64,000 nucleotides of DNA from Amoebidium appalachense (taxonomy: Eukaryota > Protista > Ichthyosporea): assembly GCA_963693365.1 (NCBI GenBank), contig CAVNZM010000008.1:434001-498000 (forward strand), in the 5' to 3' direction. Positions within the stretch are counted from its first letter, which is position 1; each line of letters opens with the position of its first letter. The notes beneath the pieces were generated by a model. That model saw only the letters and a list, made by a program, of their open reading frames with translations. It searched no databases and was not told the DNA's origin. Position numbers and translations under genes: made by a program. Shown piece by piece: positions 23,452 through 38,171 of this stretch.

Positions 23452-26400
23452 CGCACACATACACACACACATACACACACACATACACAAGTACACAGGT
23501 AATTACCGTGTGTATGTGCTGAATATGGCGGTTTTTTTAGTCGAAGCCACACAGTTGATGCGTGCATGTATAATCGTGTGTGATCAGCGCGTGTGTGGGT
23601 ACCGAGTCCAAGATTCGAGAGTGGATGTGTGGACGCGTAGGGCGCGGTTACGGGTGCCGGTGTCTAGACCTCCGTGCCGTTCGTGCGCGCTACTTTATGC
23701 GTACCTCGCACGTGTGACGTACAGGCACAGGGAGAAAGATGTTTTCCCTTTAGCCAGGCTACTTCTCGGAGGCTGACAGAGCCCTTGCACCCAACTGTTT
23801 GCGTGCTAGCGGGATAAAAATCATCTATCTTTCGTACATCATGCAACTACACATGCGTTTGGCAATTTACTAGGTGAACGTGTTTATGAGTGTGTGTGGG
23901 TTTTTCTCTGTGAAGCCGTCTTGCACAAACATGGCTAGCAATTCATGCTCCCCAGCATCATTGTTCCCTTGTTTCTATTGTTTTTTGAAAAGAGACTTGA
24001 AGTGTGCAGGACCGCTGATGTTCGACATGGGTCATCAGCCACCAGTGGTGGAACAAGGGGGTGAAAAAAAACTTACAAACAGGAAAAAAGAACCTCTTCC
24101 GCAAAGAGCAGACCGGGTCGTCGCCTTTGCGCTCCTTTGCGCTGCGCAAAAGTTGCCGCATGCCATCTGCGTGACACTTGGCAGTTATTTGGTCGCATTT
24201 GATTGATGTAATCATTTCATATGTGTCAATTAGTACGAGATAGCATTATAAAGGTCGACCCATCTTTAAACACAAATATATCTGACTCAAATGAATCGCG
24301 CTGACTAATTTATTGTAATGTTTTTATACAAAGCAGGTAAAAAAGTAGGTCGGCGCACGGACTGTCGTCACGGTGGCACTATGGTGCCTCGCGCGCCACG
24401 CGGCCCACGGATATGCCCCCCCCTTTTTTTTATATGATCTCGGAGCTACTGGGGGTTTACACACTTTTCGCGAGTCATGATCAGTGGACACAGTACTAGT
24501 TGTCATGAAACAGCACTCGACGCTTGCCCTTTTGTAGCCTCTCTAAGAGCCTCTATCCGTCTCTGTTGCTTGTAAAGCTATGCCGATAGTTGCCCGGGCA
24601 TTTGAACCTTTGTTTCTGTGTTTGGGGGCCTACCCACGTACTAGCCCTGGAACAGAAACTTTTGAAGCTTCCGCCCAGGTGACCCGCTGTCCGTGAGTCA
24701 TCACGTGACGGCGGACCGTCACTGCGGTGTAGACCTCGTATACTCTTGGTATGTGCCAAAACGCCTGCTCATTGGCTACTAAATCAGTCTTCATCTAGGG
24801 TGATGATTCGATCAACATTCCACTAAAGATCCAATAATTTGGTTGGATCAAAATCCCGAATAGCTCTTGGTCGTTTACTCTCGCCAATCACAACCAGGTG
24901 TTGTTGGGGAGGCTCAAGTATATAATCACGCGTCCTTGGAGCATTTGTGAGACGACTTGCAAGTGAACACTGACCCATCAACCACTCGGAACAGACTCAG
25001 TAGATTTAACGTTGACAAACATTACACTTTGATATATGCAAACAACCGACTCTCCAATTTTTTACAAAGAAAAAAAACATATGTGTGTGTGAATGCTGTA
25101 ACTGCACATTGTAACTCACCTTACTTATATTTGTAGCACATAAGTTCATGCGAATCCTCCGTAATAATTGCACATCCCCAAGCATCCACATTGCTTTACC
25201 ACGCTTCTCACCATGCTGCACTACCTGCCGTCGGGCCCCTCCGCCATGGCTGCCTTCAGCCCCATGTCGTCGCCGCCATCCCGCAGGCGGCTGCAGACGC
25301 AAATGCGCTCAGCCAGCTGCTGCTACGGGTCACCCCTCATCACCTGCCCCTGCATGCGCGGCCCAACCATGTCCCCACTACCGCCACCACGCAGCACCCC
25401 ACGTACAGAACTGGGTTCGACGCAGGCGCAGGGGGACAGCACGCAGTATGCCCACGAGTAAAGGCCACGTCGCTGCTGCAACCTTGGTGTGGACCCTTCA
25501 ACCCCGACGTGGCTGTGTAACCTCTGAGAATGGAGGATGTGACGCTTATTTCAATAATATATATGCAAGAGTCATCATTCGCGGTGAAGCATTGAGTTGA
25601 ACACAAATGCCACTGCTAGAACATGTATTAATGTGTAGTTGAATCCACATTATGTGCTCATTGGATTTTGAATGCCCCATCCTACTACTATGGTACCGCT
25701 AAGTTACTATATTGATCCGACATATCAGCATATCGAAGCTATATATGGCATGATGACACAGGTCCATCAACACATATGTCCTTCGCATCTCCGATGATAG
25801 AAAGACACAAAACAGTGAAAGTATACGTAGGAAAATGACTATCAGTAAATGGACTTGTTAGACAGTTGGTTGTATGTTGGGTCGGCAACTACCCAAAGAA
25901 AACGTTTGTACATAAATTCCCTGTTCTTGATATCGATCTTCTGCAACAGCACATTTTTGTTTGAAATGTGTTGCACCCAATGACCGCAGCGGTACTTTGG
26001 TGGGGCGCCGGGGGGGGGGTGTTGTTTTGTACGGGTCTAAGGGAGCAGAGTGCACAGAGGTGTCATGTAAAACACGACCAACACAATAAAGAGAGGGCAA
26101 TCGGAGTTGTTCACGAGACATTGAAAGATTTTAAACAACAACTGATCCTTTATTGTGCTCTCGGTTCTTTTTGTACTTGCGACTTATCAGCTTATCACAA
26201 CTAAAGGGGGAGAACCAATCGGTTCTATCAGAAGATAGAAAAACACATTTCGACAGAGCATACGCATTCCAACTTCCGACTTAACTAAAGTTTAGAAACT
26301 CTTACTTAAATAAATTAAGTAATTATACATCTAGTCACTATTAACACACATATATATTTATATTCGTCTCTATAAAGAAACTCATTTAAATACATATATT

Positions 26401-26744
26401 TCCTAATAGTCGACACTCTCAAAGTGAAGACACATTGCAATAAACCGAATTCCATATGTATCTATTGTCCAATCACAACACATATATTAATAGACAGGAA
26501 TGCACAACACGATCCACAGATGTACTCGCTCGCGAGGATTGGCTAGCCATCCTATTGAGAACAAAACTAAGCCACTTTGAAATAAAAGAAAGACGACGAA
26601 TGTAGCTAGCCAATTACGCTACCTCTCAGATAAACAGAGGAGAGCAAACAGAAATAAAATACAAGAAGTTCTTATCAGGCAAGAGAGCCAGGTGTGCACA
26701 GATCTACAGATATCTGTGCTCACAGAAACAAGGGAGAAAGAGAG

Positions 26745-26783
<39 letters not shown>

Positions 26784-27219
26784 GAGAGAGAGAGAGAGAG
26801 AAAGAAAAGAGAAAAGGGAAAGAGCACAAAGAAGGAAAGCGGACACGAATACAAACAAAGCTAAGACACATACATTATGAGGCTTCAAGGCACTTGCTGT
26901 CATACGTGGTGACGTATTCCAACAGGAGGGGGGGGGGGGGGGATGGGAGGAGGGAATGAGCATCCTTCCATTTTACGAGTCGACAATAAATCTAATCTGT
27001 TTGCCCAGTTGGTATTGCGTGCCTTGTGGCCTGATGACGGCGCGGTGGTGGTAGGAAGCATTCAAGGAGAGAAGGTAATTTCTTTTGTAGGGCCGAGCTT
27101 TTGCTTTTGAAATTTTTCGCTCTCTCTCGTCCTTCCATCCTTCCTTGAAGTTCCTTTCTTTCTTCCCGTTTTTTGCAGAATAACTTTTGGGACGAGAGGG
27201 AACGCGGCCTGGGGCGAGT

Positions 27220-27269
<50 letters not shown>

Positions 27270-27683
27270 GGGGGTTTGGCTAATGCAAGCCAGCCACTGC
27301 TGCATCCGAATTTCTCCCTTCTCCAATACCTTGGGCTCTTGGCCGGCACTTACCCTATACGGAGCCGTGAGACGTGTAACAGAGGGTAACAGTATTAAAC
27401 TGTAAAAGCCTGACAGTGTTCAGGTGATAGATCTTTTCTCGATGCAACCATTGTCATCAGTAGACGTACAGGATCGACGTTGCTAGTCACCACACGTGAC
27501 GTCATGGGTAATGAGCTGCATATGCTCTGTTTGGTTTGGCATTACCGTACCTTCCCTCGTCCCACCTTCCCCTTCATGCACGCACACCTGTCGGCTTAAA
27601 TGAAGCATGAAGCATGACGCACGCAAACTGTCAGGCATGTGTGCATCTGCTGTGGTGCACAAGCACACACTGTAAGCAAACAC

Positions 27684-27764
<81 letters not shown>

Positions 27765-27814
27765 ATACACACACACACACGCACACCACATACATACACA
27801 CACACACACACGTA

Positions 27815-27903
<89 letters not shown>

Positions 27904-28779
27904 TCACACATCGTGAGGAGACACTGCCAGGTTGCTCCTTTTTATGTTTCTACAGACATTGCCCAGCTCCTATCTCTCCCTCTCGGAGCTTCCTTGACTG
28001 GTTCCAGCAACCTTTTGCCTTTGCAGAAAAAGTTCAAAGCTAAGCCGACAGAAAACATATGCACGTACACTTGAACTTGTGGGCTGCAAACATTTGCGTG
28101 TGGGGGGGGGGGGGGGGGGGGGGGAGGGAGACCAAAGTCCGACGGTCTAGAGTTTGTGCCTTAGATTCTACTGTTTCGGGGGGGTGTCGATGAAATCTTA
28201 CGGCAATCAAAGCGGGAGACATCCGGTCGTACCCATGATATTGTTTGGGTGTGTGGGTGGGTGGTGGGATTTGGTGGTGAGGGAGAGGAGTGAGGGTGGG
28301 GGGGGGGGGGGGGGGGGGGGGGGGGAGGGCGGGGGCTGGGAGAGGTGGGCCGGGTGTGTGCACACACGTGCGTATGGGGGGGGGGGTGGGGGTTTGGGGG
28401 GCAGAAGGGAGGGGAGGGTGGGGAGGGGGGAGGGGGGGGGGGGGGGGTAGGGCGGAAGCTTAATTTGGTGGGTAAACCCCGAGGGGGCCACGGAGGTGGC
28501 CAGCAAGGGTGGGGAGGGGGGGGGGGCTCGAAGAGGAGCCTCAACGGAAGGGAGGATGGGGGGCATTGCCAAGAGATCCGGAAAATGCTGTACATGTGCA
28601 TGCATGCAAGTGCGCAGTGTTCAACCGTTGAACTGACATTGTGTAAAGCACGCCGCGCGCTCCGGTGTGCGAGTGTTTGTGTGTGTGTATGTATACAGGT
28701 GTGTGTGTGTTTGTTGTGATGATGGAGACCCGTGGAACCCACATAAGGACCGGGAGGGGGGGGGGTGGGGGAGGGGGGG

Positions 28780-28825
<46 letters not shown>

Positions 28826-29689
28826 AGGGGGGGGGGGGGGGGGGGGGACGACTTGGTGGAGTCATGAAATATGTCAAGTTATAATTTTTTTCTTGCGGTA
28901 AACCTGTCCTACAGCCGCAGTTGGAGAGAGATATTCTGAAGGGTGTAGTACTGAAGCTGTGATTTTGGGGAGACGTACACAAGAAAGCTAACCTGCAAAG
29001 AAATGGAGGGGTGGGGCGAGGGTGGGGGGGGGGGGGGGGGGGGGGGGGGGAGAGGGGAGGGGGAGGGGGAGGAGGGGGGAGGGGGGGGGGAGGGGAGGGA
29101 GGGGGAGGGGGGAAGGAGGGGAAGGCTTTTGCTGTAAGATTATCCCAGAATTAGGCCCGTTTGCGGAGAATTTTTTAAATGTGGATTTCATTTCGATCTT
29201 GGCATCAGACAGCGCTAAGAATGGCTATATATTATCATACACTTGTCATAGACACAATGAGATAGTCGGTGAAATGGCTTCACCGGATACCCCACGAGAT
29301 ATACCAAAAACGAGAATTCTACCGCAAGACTGCTAAAAGCTGCATGTAGGACTCAACTACTGGGGTCAATGAGTGCTAAATTTTAGGTACTTCTTGTCGA
29401 ATCTAGTATCATAGAAGTTACTGTTACAACTACAAATACGAATCACATGCCAGTGTAATGCCGCCTAAACGATTTTAAGCTTTAGCAAAATTTTCGTATA
29501 TATATATCGGTCTCCCCCTGGTCCACAGGCCAACTACCTATACGTGTGTGTACTCTGTGTGGGTGTGTTTGTGCTTGTTCACGTGCCTGTGTGTGTGTGT
29601 GGTTGTTTTTGTGCTAGTGCTTGTGTGTGTGTGTGTGTGTGCGTGTGCGTGTGTGCTTGTGCGTGTGTGCGTGTGTGCGTGTGTGCGTG

Positions 29690-29743
<54 letters not shown>

Positions 29744-29758
29744 TACTTGCGCACATGC

Positions 29759-29790
<32 letters not shown>

Positions 29791-29811
29791 TTGTTTTTGT
29801 GCTAGTGCTTG

Positions 29812-30046
<235 letters not shown>

Positions 30047-30525
30047 GTGTGTGTGTCATGGTGGGTGGGCTAGGCCACGGTGCATGTTCTGCATGGTCAG
30101 CCGTCCGTGCACTTTGTTGGTTGTATTCACCGGGTACTGTTTATCTGTATGCTGCTATCGTGCATGCATGCCACACACGGAATTGTGTTGCTAAGAACAA
30201 AGCAATTTGTTCATGTGTGTGCATGCTAATGACGTACGGTGTAGGCACATCCATGCATGTGTACATAAGAAGTGGGGGTGAATGGTTTGCTGCAACAGGT
30301 CTTGCAAGATGTGATTCAACGCTCTGGGTCAGTCGACTATACAAGGGCCAACACATACCAGCAGAAATGTCTGCTGAAACCAAACAATTATATAACAACA
30401 ATCGAAAACAGCCGAACGTTTCGGCTTTGATTTGATTTGGGCAGAATAGTTCTGCTTTCTACGCATGTGTGGCGCCACCTAACTGCGTTTGCATGATTGG
30501 GTGTTAGCGCCCATGGTCCAGCTAA

Positions 30526-30945
30526 AGGGCCCAACCACATCGGCAGAGTCAACTTGCAAAAAGCAGAATTATTCTGCAAAAAAGGGAATTATTCTGCCTT
30601 TAGCAGAATTATTCTCCAAAAAGCAGGATTATTCTGCAAAAGCAGAATCACTCTTTAACAGAACTATTATGCTTTAAGCAGAATTATTCCGCAAAAGCAG
30701 AATCAATCTGCTTTAAGCATCATGCTGCAAAAAACAGAGCTATTCTGCTTTCGACAGCACAATGTTTCTGCTTTTAGCAGATTGATTCTGCTTTTAGCAG
30801 AATTATTCTGCTTTTGCAGAATAACTCTGCTTTTGCAGAATAATTCTGCTTTTGCTGAATAATTCCGATTTTAGCAGAATAATTCTGGTTTTTGCTGAAT
30901 AATTCTGCTCAAAGCAAGTTGACTCGGCCGGTGTGGTTGGGCCCT
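30526..30945. mobile_element. Fold-back MITE with ~32-bp TIRs and an internal array of the quasi-palindrome GCAGAATTATTCTGC (PIF/Harbinger-like termini)
   Basis: Left agggcccaaccacatcggcagagtcaacttgc; right gcaagttgactcggccggtgtggttgggccct. Internal units are spaced mostly by A-runs in the left half and T-runs in the right half. The TSD is not clean, so the superfamily is inference. Confidence 0.75.
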
Positions 30946-31614
30946 CAGCTACGCCTTGCACTAGCTTACAAGGCACACAGTGTGCACTGGGTCTGTTGTG
31001 TGATTAAGGGTTACAGTGTTTGTAAGGTTGATACATATTTCAGTGACTCATGATGTATGCGTGTGTGGTAGAAATTGCATGCAATCTGGGTGAACTTACA
31101 GCAAGGAGAATGACTGTGCAAGAAACAAAACTATCCTGCGAAATGCAGTTCATTTCTGCAAGGTAGATTAATTCTGCAAAAGCCAGACGCATTCTGCTCA
31201 CGACAGGGAATTATTCTGCTTCTATAGATAGAAACAGATTTTCGTCCTGCTTGCAGCATAGCCACCCTGCAGGCCTTTGTTTGTAGAACTGTTGAGAGAG
31301 AAGCACGGCTACGCTGCAAAGGCATCAAGCATGTCGATCACGGTACGGCTCAGAAATGCAATCCACATCTGTCTTCTCTGTCTACTTAATAAAGCTCCCT
31401 CTGCAAAATCATCGCCTATAGCCCTCAAGGTTTTGTACTTCTCACCCCTGCAGGCTCCTTCAGGCTCTTTCGCTCACGGCCCTATGTAGGTGCTATGACC
31501 TCTTTTAACTAGACTTTTATCACTCAACAAACACAGACGCCGAGGCTAGCGCTCTCACGATCTCTCTCTCTCTTCTCTCTCTCTCTCTCTCTCTCGCTCT
31601 CTCTCTCTCTCTCG

Positions 31615-31773
<159 letters not shown>

Positions 31774-31787
31774 TCTCTCTCTCTCTC

Positions 31788-31820
<33 letters not shown>

Positions 31821-31945
31821 ACTTCAGCTCTCTCTCTCTCTCCCCTCCCCTTCTCCCCCCCCCCCTCTCTTCTTCCCCCCCCACTCCCCCCCCTCTCCCC
31901 TTCTCTCCCTTCCCCCTCCCCCCTCTCTTTCTCTCTCCCTCCCTC

Positions 31946-31979
<34 letters not shown>

Positions 31980-33186
31980 AGACTCTCTCTTCCTCCTCTC
32001 TCCCTCTCTCCCTCTCTCTCTCTCTGCATGTGTGTGTGCGCGTGTGTGCGTGTATGCGCGCGCGCGCGTGTGTGTGTGTGTGTGTGTGCGTGCGCGTGTG
32101 TGTGCGTGTGTGTGTGTGCGTGTGTGTGCGTGTGTGTGTTGTCTGCCTCCGTTTCGGTCTCTCTCCGTCTGCCTGTGTGTTTGTTTATGTGTGTGCTTCT
32201 TTCTCCCTCCTCCCTTTCTCTCTCCTGCGCGCTCTCTCTCTTTCATATATGTCTCCCGGGTCCCCCTTCACCCTACCGGCCCACCTGGCAGCGACAAATT
32301 TGTTTGTTTACATACAAACGACGACTTCAATGTTGCCCATGTTGCCGTGGGCTGTGCATCTGATTGGCTTCAGCATCGGACGTTCTGATTGGCGACATCG
32401 CGCAGCCACGGTCAACCAGAGCACTCATTGGCTACCGTGTGTGCTGTGCGAAATACCTTTGTTTTATCGTTCACTTCAAAGTGCCGTATCCAGCGGTTCC
32501 ATGCTATATCCACTCGTTCCCTCCCTCTTTTTTTTTTTTTTTTTTTCCCGCAATATATGGGGAATTTCAATTTTTCAATTGTCAAAGAGTCAAATACAGC
32601 ACGCCTCAATCGCTACAAGTCACAGCGCCAACGGCTCTGGAATTTGGCTGCTTTTCCTTTCTATATGAGCGTAATCAGCGGCATAGGGGGAGCCATGAGG
32701 CTCGGGCAGGGTCTCGGCGGATCTGGTCTCTGCCTATGACTCCAAGTACAAATTCATATGCGTGTGATTGTGGAACAATCTCACGCATACGTTTCTTCAC
32801 ATTACCACGAACCATTGGCTGCCGATCATGTAGCAGTTACACCGGTAATACTTCCAGCCGGGCGGTGATTGGCGGACTGAGGCGGCCTGGCCACAAGTAC
32901 AAATAATGGCCTTCAACATTGATGCCAGTTCAGAAACTCAAGAGTCAAGCTTACCTAAAGCTTGATCTAGAGAAGGAGAGAGTCGCTTAAAAATGCTGGT
33001 AAAGAGCCCCCGACCCGAATAGTCTACAGTACCACGGTGCTATTAACACTGTTCATGTGGTATATGCTGGGTGCATGGTTTTTAGTACTTGCTGTACTGT
33101 ACATACACGGGTAGGCAGATATGGAGTCTCGACGCGGCTCTTGCTGGTGTATGCTTTCTAACGGTGTGCACTAGCTGCCTGTACAG

Positions 33187-35232
33187 CAAGCCCCCGGTGC
33201 TTTGGCGCAGCCGCAAGTTCGGCCATTGGAAAGCAACAACGAAGCCAACCAGCGACCAAAACGTGCCAGCGAAGAGTCTGCCGTGCTGAGGGCTACCCGT
33301 CACTGTCCCGAGACTCATGAGGGCGACGAGAGAGCCGAATACTCGGTGGGTGGTAGACTCTGTTGCACTTTCTCTGTCTGTTACTTACTCACTGTGTCTC
33401 ACGGCTAGCTTGCCTTTTCATTTTCTGTTTCCTTTCTGCTTTATTTTTTGTTTTCTTTCTGTTTTCTTTCTTTTTTTGTTATCCACAAGCCCTTTCTGTT
33501 TTCTTTCTTTTTTTGTTATCCACAAGCCGTCATGGGACCTGTTTCACGGTACCTGTTTCACGGTACACATGAGGGTTGTGGTGCAGCGATGCTGTGTCGC
33601 ACGGCTAGCTTGCCCCTTTATTTTCTAAAATTTCCTTTCCGTGTTCTTTCTGTTTTCACTTTTTATGTGTTTTCCCACGTACCCGGCATGGGACCTGTGT
33701 TTCACGATATACATGCGGGTTGTGGTGCAGCGATGCTGTGTCGCACGGCTAGCTTGCCCCTCTATTTTCTATTTCCTTTCTGTTTCCTTTCCGTTTTCTT
33801 TCTTTTTATGTGTTTTCCCACAACCCGGCATGGGACCTGTGTTTCCGGTATACATGCGGGTTGTGGTGCAGCGATGCTGTGTCGCACGGCTAGCTTGCCC
33901 CTCTATTTTCTTTTTCCTTTCTGTTTCCTTTCCATTTCTTTCTTTTTATGTGTTTTCCCACAACCCGGTATAGGACCTGTGTTTCACGGTATACATGCGA
34001 GCTGTGGTGCAGCGATGCTGTGTCGCACGGCTAGCTTGCCTCTTTATTTTCTTTGTCCTGTCTTGCACTTTTCTATGTTTGTGTGTCATAGACCATGATG
34101 ATCATGTTAGCTATGGGTCCACCACTCGGCATGGGACCTCTGTCTCGCAGTATTTATACATGCTTTGGCGTGATTTTGGTGCGGCGATGATGTGTCACAC
34201 AGCTAGCTTGCTTCCAGTGGATACGGCCTGGCAGTCCCTTTCTTCTTCTTTGTCTTCTGCGGCCCTTTTTTCCTTCGCTGCGTCTTGGTGTTGCCACTTG
34301 CAACTTTCATTTCTTCTCATCACTCTGCTTCGAGTTTAACCGCCCATTCTCCACAGGCCCCTCCAGATGGCATGGACTCGGACAGTGGGTTGGTGGCCAT
34401 GCGTGTCCTAGTGCAATGCCGCATCTGCCATCTGCTGAGCAACAACATGGTTGTCGGCTTGGCCCGACAAGGCTATCAGCAGTCGGACTTCCTCGTGTGC
34501 GACACCAACCACTGCCGCAGGCAATCGGGAGTTGTGACAAGTTCCAGGTCGAAGAGAACCAATCAGTGGCTGCCTATGTTCCTGGATGCACTGCTCACGG
34601 CCACCAGTGATAAGGTATGTGTCTCAGTGTGCAATGAAACGGACCGTGTGGACCACAACATTGAAACGTCCACTTGAAGCCCTGAACCACTCTATAGCTA
34701 TAATAGCACAGCATGTCACCGGGTGCCCAAACGCATACGTTCTTGCTCAGTGTTTCACTAGCCACCTACGGCGTGCAGAAGCTGTTCGCAGTGGAAGATA
34801 TGTGTTTATTAAGAAACGGTTACCATATCGGCATCATCCAATCTGATGTGTTGACAATTCCTATAGCGAGGAGCCCTCCCCTGAAACCCCCCCCCTCCCC
34901 CTAGCCTCCCCCCCCCCCCCCCCCCCCAACCCCACCCACCCACCCACCCACCCACCTAACCAACCAACCAACCAACCAACCAACCATGGCCACCACCAGA
35001 CACACAGAAGAAACCTCCACCTCCACCACCACCACCTGTTGCACTTCCCCCTTCCCCCCCCCCCCCCCCCCCCCCCCCCCCTCTTCTGGGGTTCCTGATG
35101 ATTATTTAAAAAATTGAGCGATCTTCGAAGTCCTCAAACAATGCAATAGAAGGGTAACAGCTCCGACATGGTTGCAATTCGTTTTCCCCTGTAGGAAACC
35201 CTTTGGGTCTCCCTCATATCCCCCCCCCCAAA

Positions 35233-35283
<51 letters not shown>

Positions 35284-35284
35284 C

Positions 35285-35318
<34 letters not shown>

Positions 35319-35778
35319 GGGCACCCCTACCTACCCTAGTGAGTGACATACTATGTAATATTAAAGCTATTAGAAGCTAACACAACTATAATGAAAGGCA
35401 CACGAGGCAGAAAGAGAAAACGTTGTCGGTGTTGTGATTGATCCTGGTGATGGCTAATGCTTTATTTGCCGTGTGGCATCTTGGCAGACAACGCTACTAG
35501 TAACGTGACAACCCATATTCGTGCAGGATTTTACGGACTTGCTCGACGCGCTGGTCAAGCGTGTGGGCTGCAACAAGGGCATGTTTACTGTGGGGCTCAA
35601 GGAGATCCGCTGCAACCACCTGGCATGCAGGCCTTCATGCCACATGGACTGCAAAGACGACGGCAAGGGGGGCAATGGCCCTGCACGCAGAAAGAACGGC
35701 ACGTCAAACTATGACGTCATTGCACACATGGTGGCCACGGTGTTTGGCCCACGCATGCATGTGCCCAAATGGATCGAG
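33187..35778 (+). CDS. Hypothetical spliced Cys/His-rich protein (internal exons only)
   Basis: Three stop-free AG/GT-bounded exons, all multiples of 3 and in phase 0: 33187-33345, 34357-34614, 35527-35778. They contain CRIC, CDTNHC and CNHLACRPSCHMDC. Start and end were not resolved and no family was recognised. Confidence 0.5.
33401..34210. repeat. Minisatellite, ~141-200 bp unit, about 5.5 copies
   Basis: The anchor ac(g/a)gctagcttgc recurs at 33401, 33601, 33745, 33886, 34027 and 34199, with catgggacctgtgtt..ggttgtggtgcagcgatgctgtgtcg in most units. Confidence 0.9.
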
Positions 35779-36763
35779 GTAAGTGCAGCTGCGCTTCTGA
35801 TTGCCGCCGCTACAGTGTGTGTGTATGGTACTGCCATAGTCAGAAAGTGTAAAGCAGGCGTAACCACCCACTTTGTTTCAGCAGGCGTAACCACTCACAT
35901 GCATGTTCAGGGGTCCAACAACTTGGAAGGCTTGTGCATGCGTATACGGTATATTGTGGCATCTAATTGATTTAAATGGTTACACATACTATTTAACGGG
36001 GTTGTGGGAGTGGAGGCACTTTTGCTTGCAATCCCCACGTTCACTATACCCAGTGTGGCACGTCACAGCTCAGTATGCAAACTGATAATAAATTGGAAGA
36101 TGTCGAGACTGAGACACACAGAGATGGACGAGCACTCGTTGAACTCTTTCGAGTCGTACCCGGCATGGCGAATGTGGCTTGAACACTTTATCTCGTTGCT
36201 TTCTATATGAATCACACAATTCTACCACTAACACGTAGTCCACCACCCAGGATGCCACAACCCACGAAGCCGGCCGAGCCCCACCCAAAACACCTGCACG
36301 CCGAAAACCCACGCGACCCACAACCAAAGGCAACACGGACAGAGTGGACAGCCCCCACGTGGCCACACAGAAATGGGTGCAGGCCATGGTTGGGGATGTG
36401 GCCGATGTGACCCTCGAGGCCGTGCTGCCCTCGTATTATCGTGTTGGGACAAGCAGGACGCGGTGGTGCTGACGGACGGGGTTAGCCCCAAGTTTAGCAA
36501 GCTGATCACCCCCGACCGGGACCTGGGGCCATATGATGGGCCGGCAATGTCGCATGAGGAATGTGAGATGTTTTGTGTTGAGCTGTGGGGGAGGACGATT
36601 GAGCGTGGGATGGCTGCAGCACGCTGTACCATGTGCTCTGGCCACACATTTTTGAGATCCAACCCCTTTGGAAGTCATGTGGAAGCTAACCTAAGACTAA
36701 TAATCTCTATTTTGTCGTTCTTTTCGCGCACCGACTCTTCAACCCGTTTTCTCCACTCACTCA

Positions 36764-36808
<45 letters not shown>

Positions 36809-36839
36809 CCCCCCCCTCTCCCCGAGTCTCTCTCTCTCT

Positions 36840-36880
<41 letters not shown>

Positions 36881-36942
36881 CCCCCCCCCCCCCGAGTCTC
36901 TCTCTCCGAGTCTCTCCCTCCCCCTGCCCCTCCCCCCCCCCC

Positions 36943-36973
<31 letters not shown>

Positions 36974-37532
36974 ACACACATACACACGAACACAAAGCTT
37001 GGGGTGGGGGGGGTGCGGGGGGGTCCAAGGAACAAGGGGGGGGGGAGGGGGGAGACAATACCAGGACATTCCCCTATCACCAGAACCGAGAGATCCTTTA
37101 CGAATTCAAAACTCCTTTTTATCAATTCTGGCTTCATCATATTAATCTCGGCGAATTTTTATTCGCTAATACCTGGAACCCTATTGGTTTATAGCGCACT
37201 GTAAGTTACAGCCACAACGACTCCTACACATATTGTATACATACAGTTTTACACCAAAACACCACACCACCAGCCACACACGAAAGCGCAAACACAAACA
37301 GAAACACACGGGCTCGCTGGCACTGTCACACACACCAGACCGGCATTGGCACACGACTACATAATACATGTAGACACATAAACCCGCACATTGCCCCGCC
37401 ACCCACCACCTTCAGCCAAGCTGCCAGCCACAATCTCCAAGCCAGACGACACCACACATCACACCACAACACATGACAGAGAGGGTGGGTGTTTTGAAGG
37501 TTGAAGTGGCAAAGCGGTATGAATGGGGGGGA

Positions 37533-37583
<51 letters not shown>

Positions 37584-37671
37584 CTGTGTATGTGCACGTG
37601 CGTGCGTGCGTGCGTGCGTGTGTCCATGAGTGCGTGTGTGCTGGGTGTTTTTTTTTTCCTTTTTTTTTTTT

Positions 37672-37702
<31 letters not shown>

Positions 37703-38128
37703 GGAAGAGGGGTGAGGGGGCATCTGGCCAATGGGGAGGGGGGAGGGGGGGAGGGGGGAGGGGGGATAGATAGGTCAAGGAAAAGCCATGTTGGCAAGTT
37801 GAACCGTGACTGACCCCACTCCCACGTCCCCGCCCCCTCCCCTCCCCCCGCCCCCCCCCCCCCCCCCCCCCGCCCCCTTCCCTCCCCTCCCCTCCCCCCC
37901 TTCCCTCCCCCCCCCCCCCCCCCCCCCCCGGAGCCCTCTACAGGCCCCCCCAGTCCCCCTCCCCTTTCTCATCCCCCCCCCCCCCTCCACCCCCTTGGCC
38001 AGCCGCCAAAAACAACAACAACAACAACATCATCATCATCATCATCATCATCAACCCAAAAAAGGATGGTGGAGAGGAGGGTGCAGGGTGCGGAGGACTG
38101 TTGCAGGTGTGCATGTGTGTGTGGGGGG

Positions 38129-38171
<43 letters not shown>

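Noticed and set aside
25148-25600. GC-rich overlapping ORFs downstream of a TATA-like motif
   Set aside because: No recognisable domain, and no frame or splice structure stands out.
33401-34210. CRISPR-like array (conserved block with variable T-rich spacers)
   Set aside because: The spacers are homologous to each other, the context is eukaryotic and there are no cas genes; it is a minisatellite.
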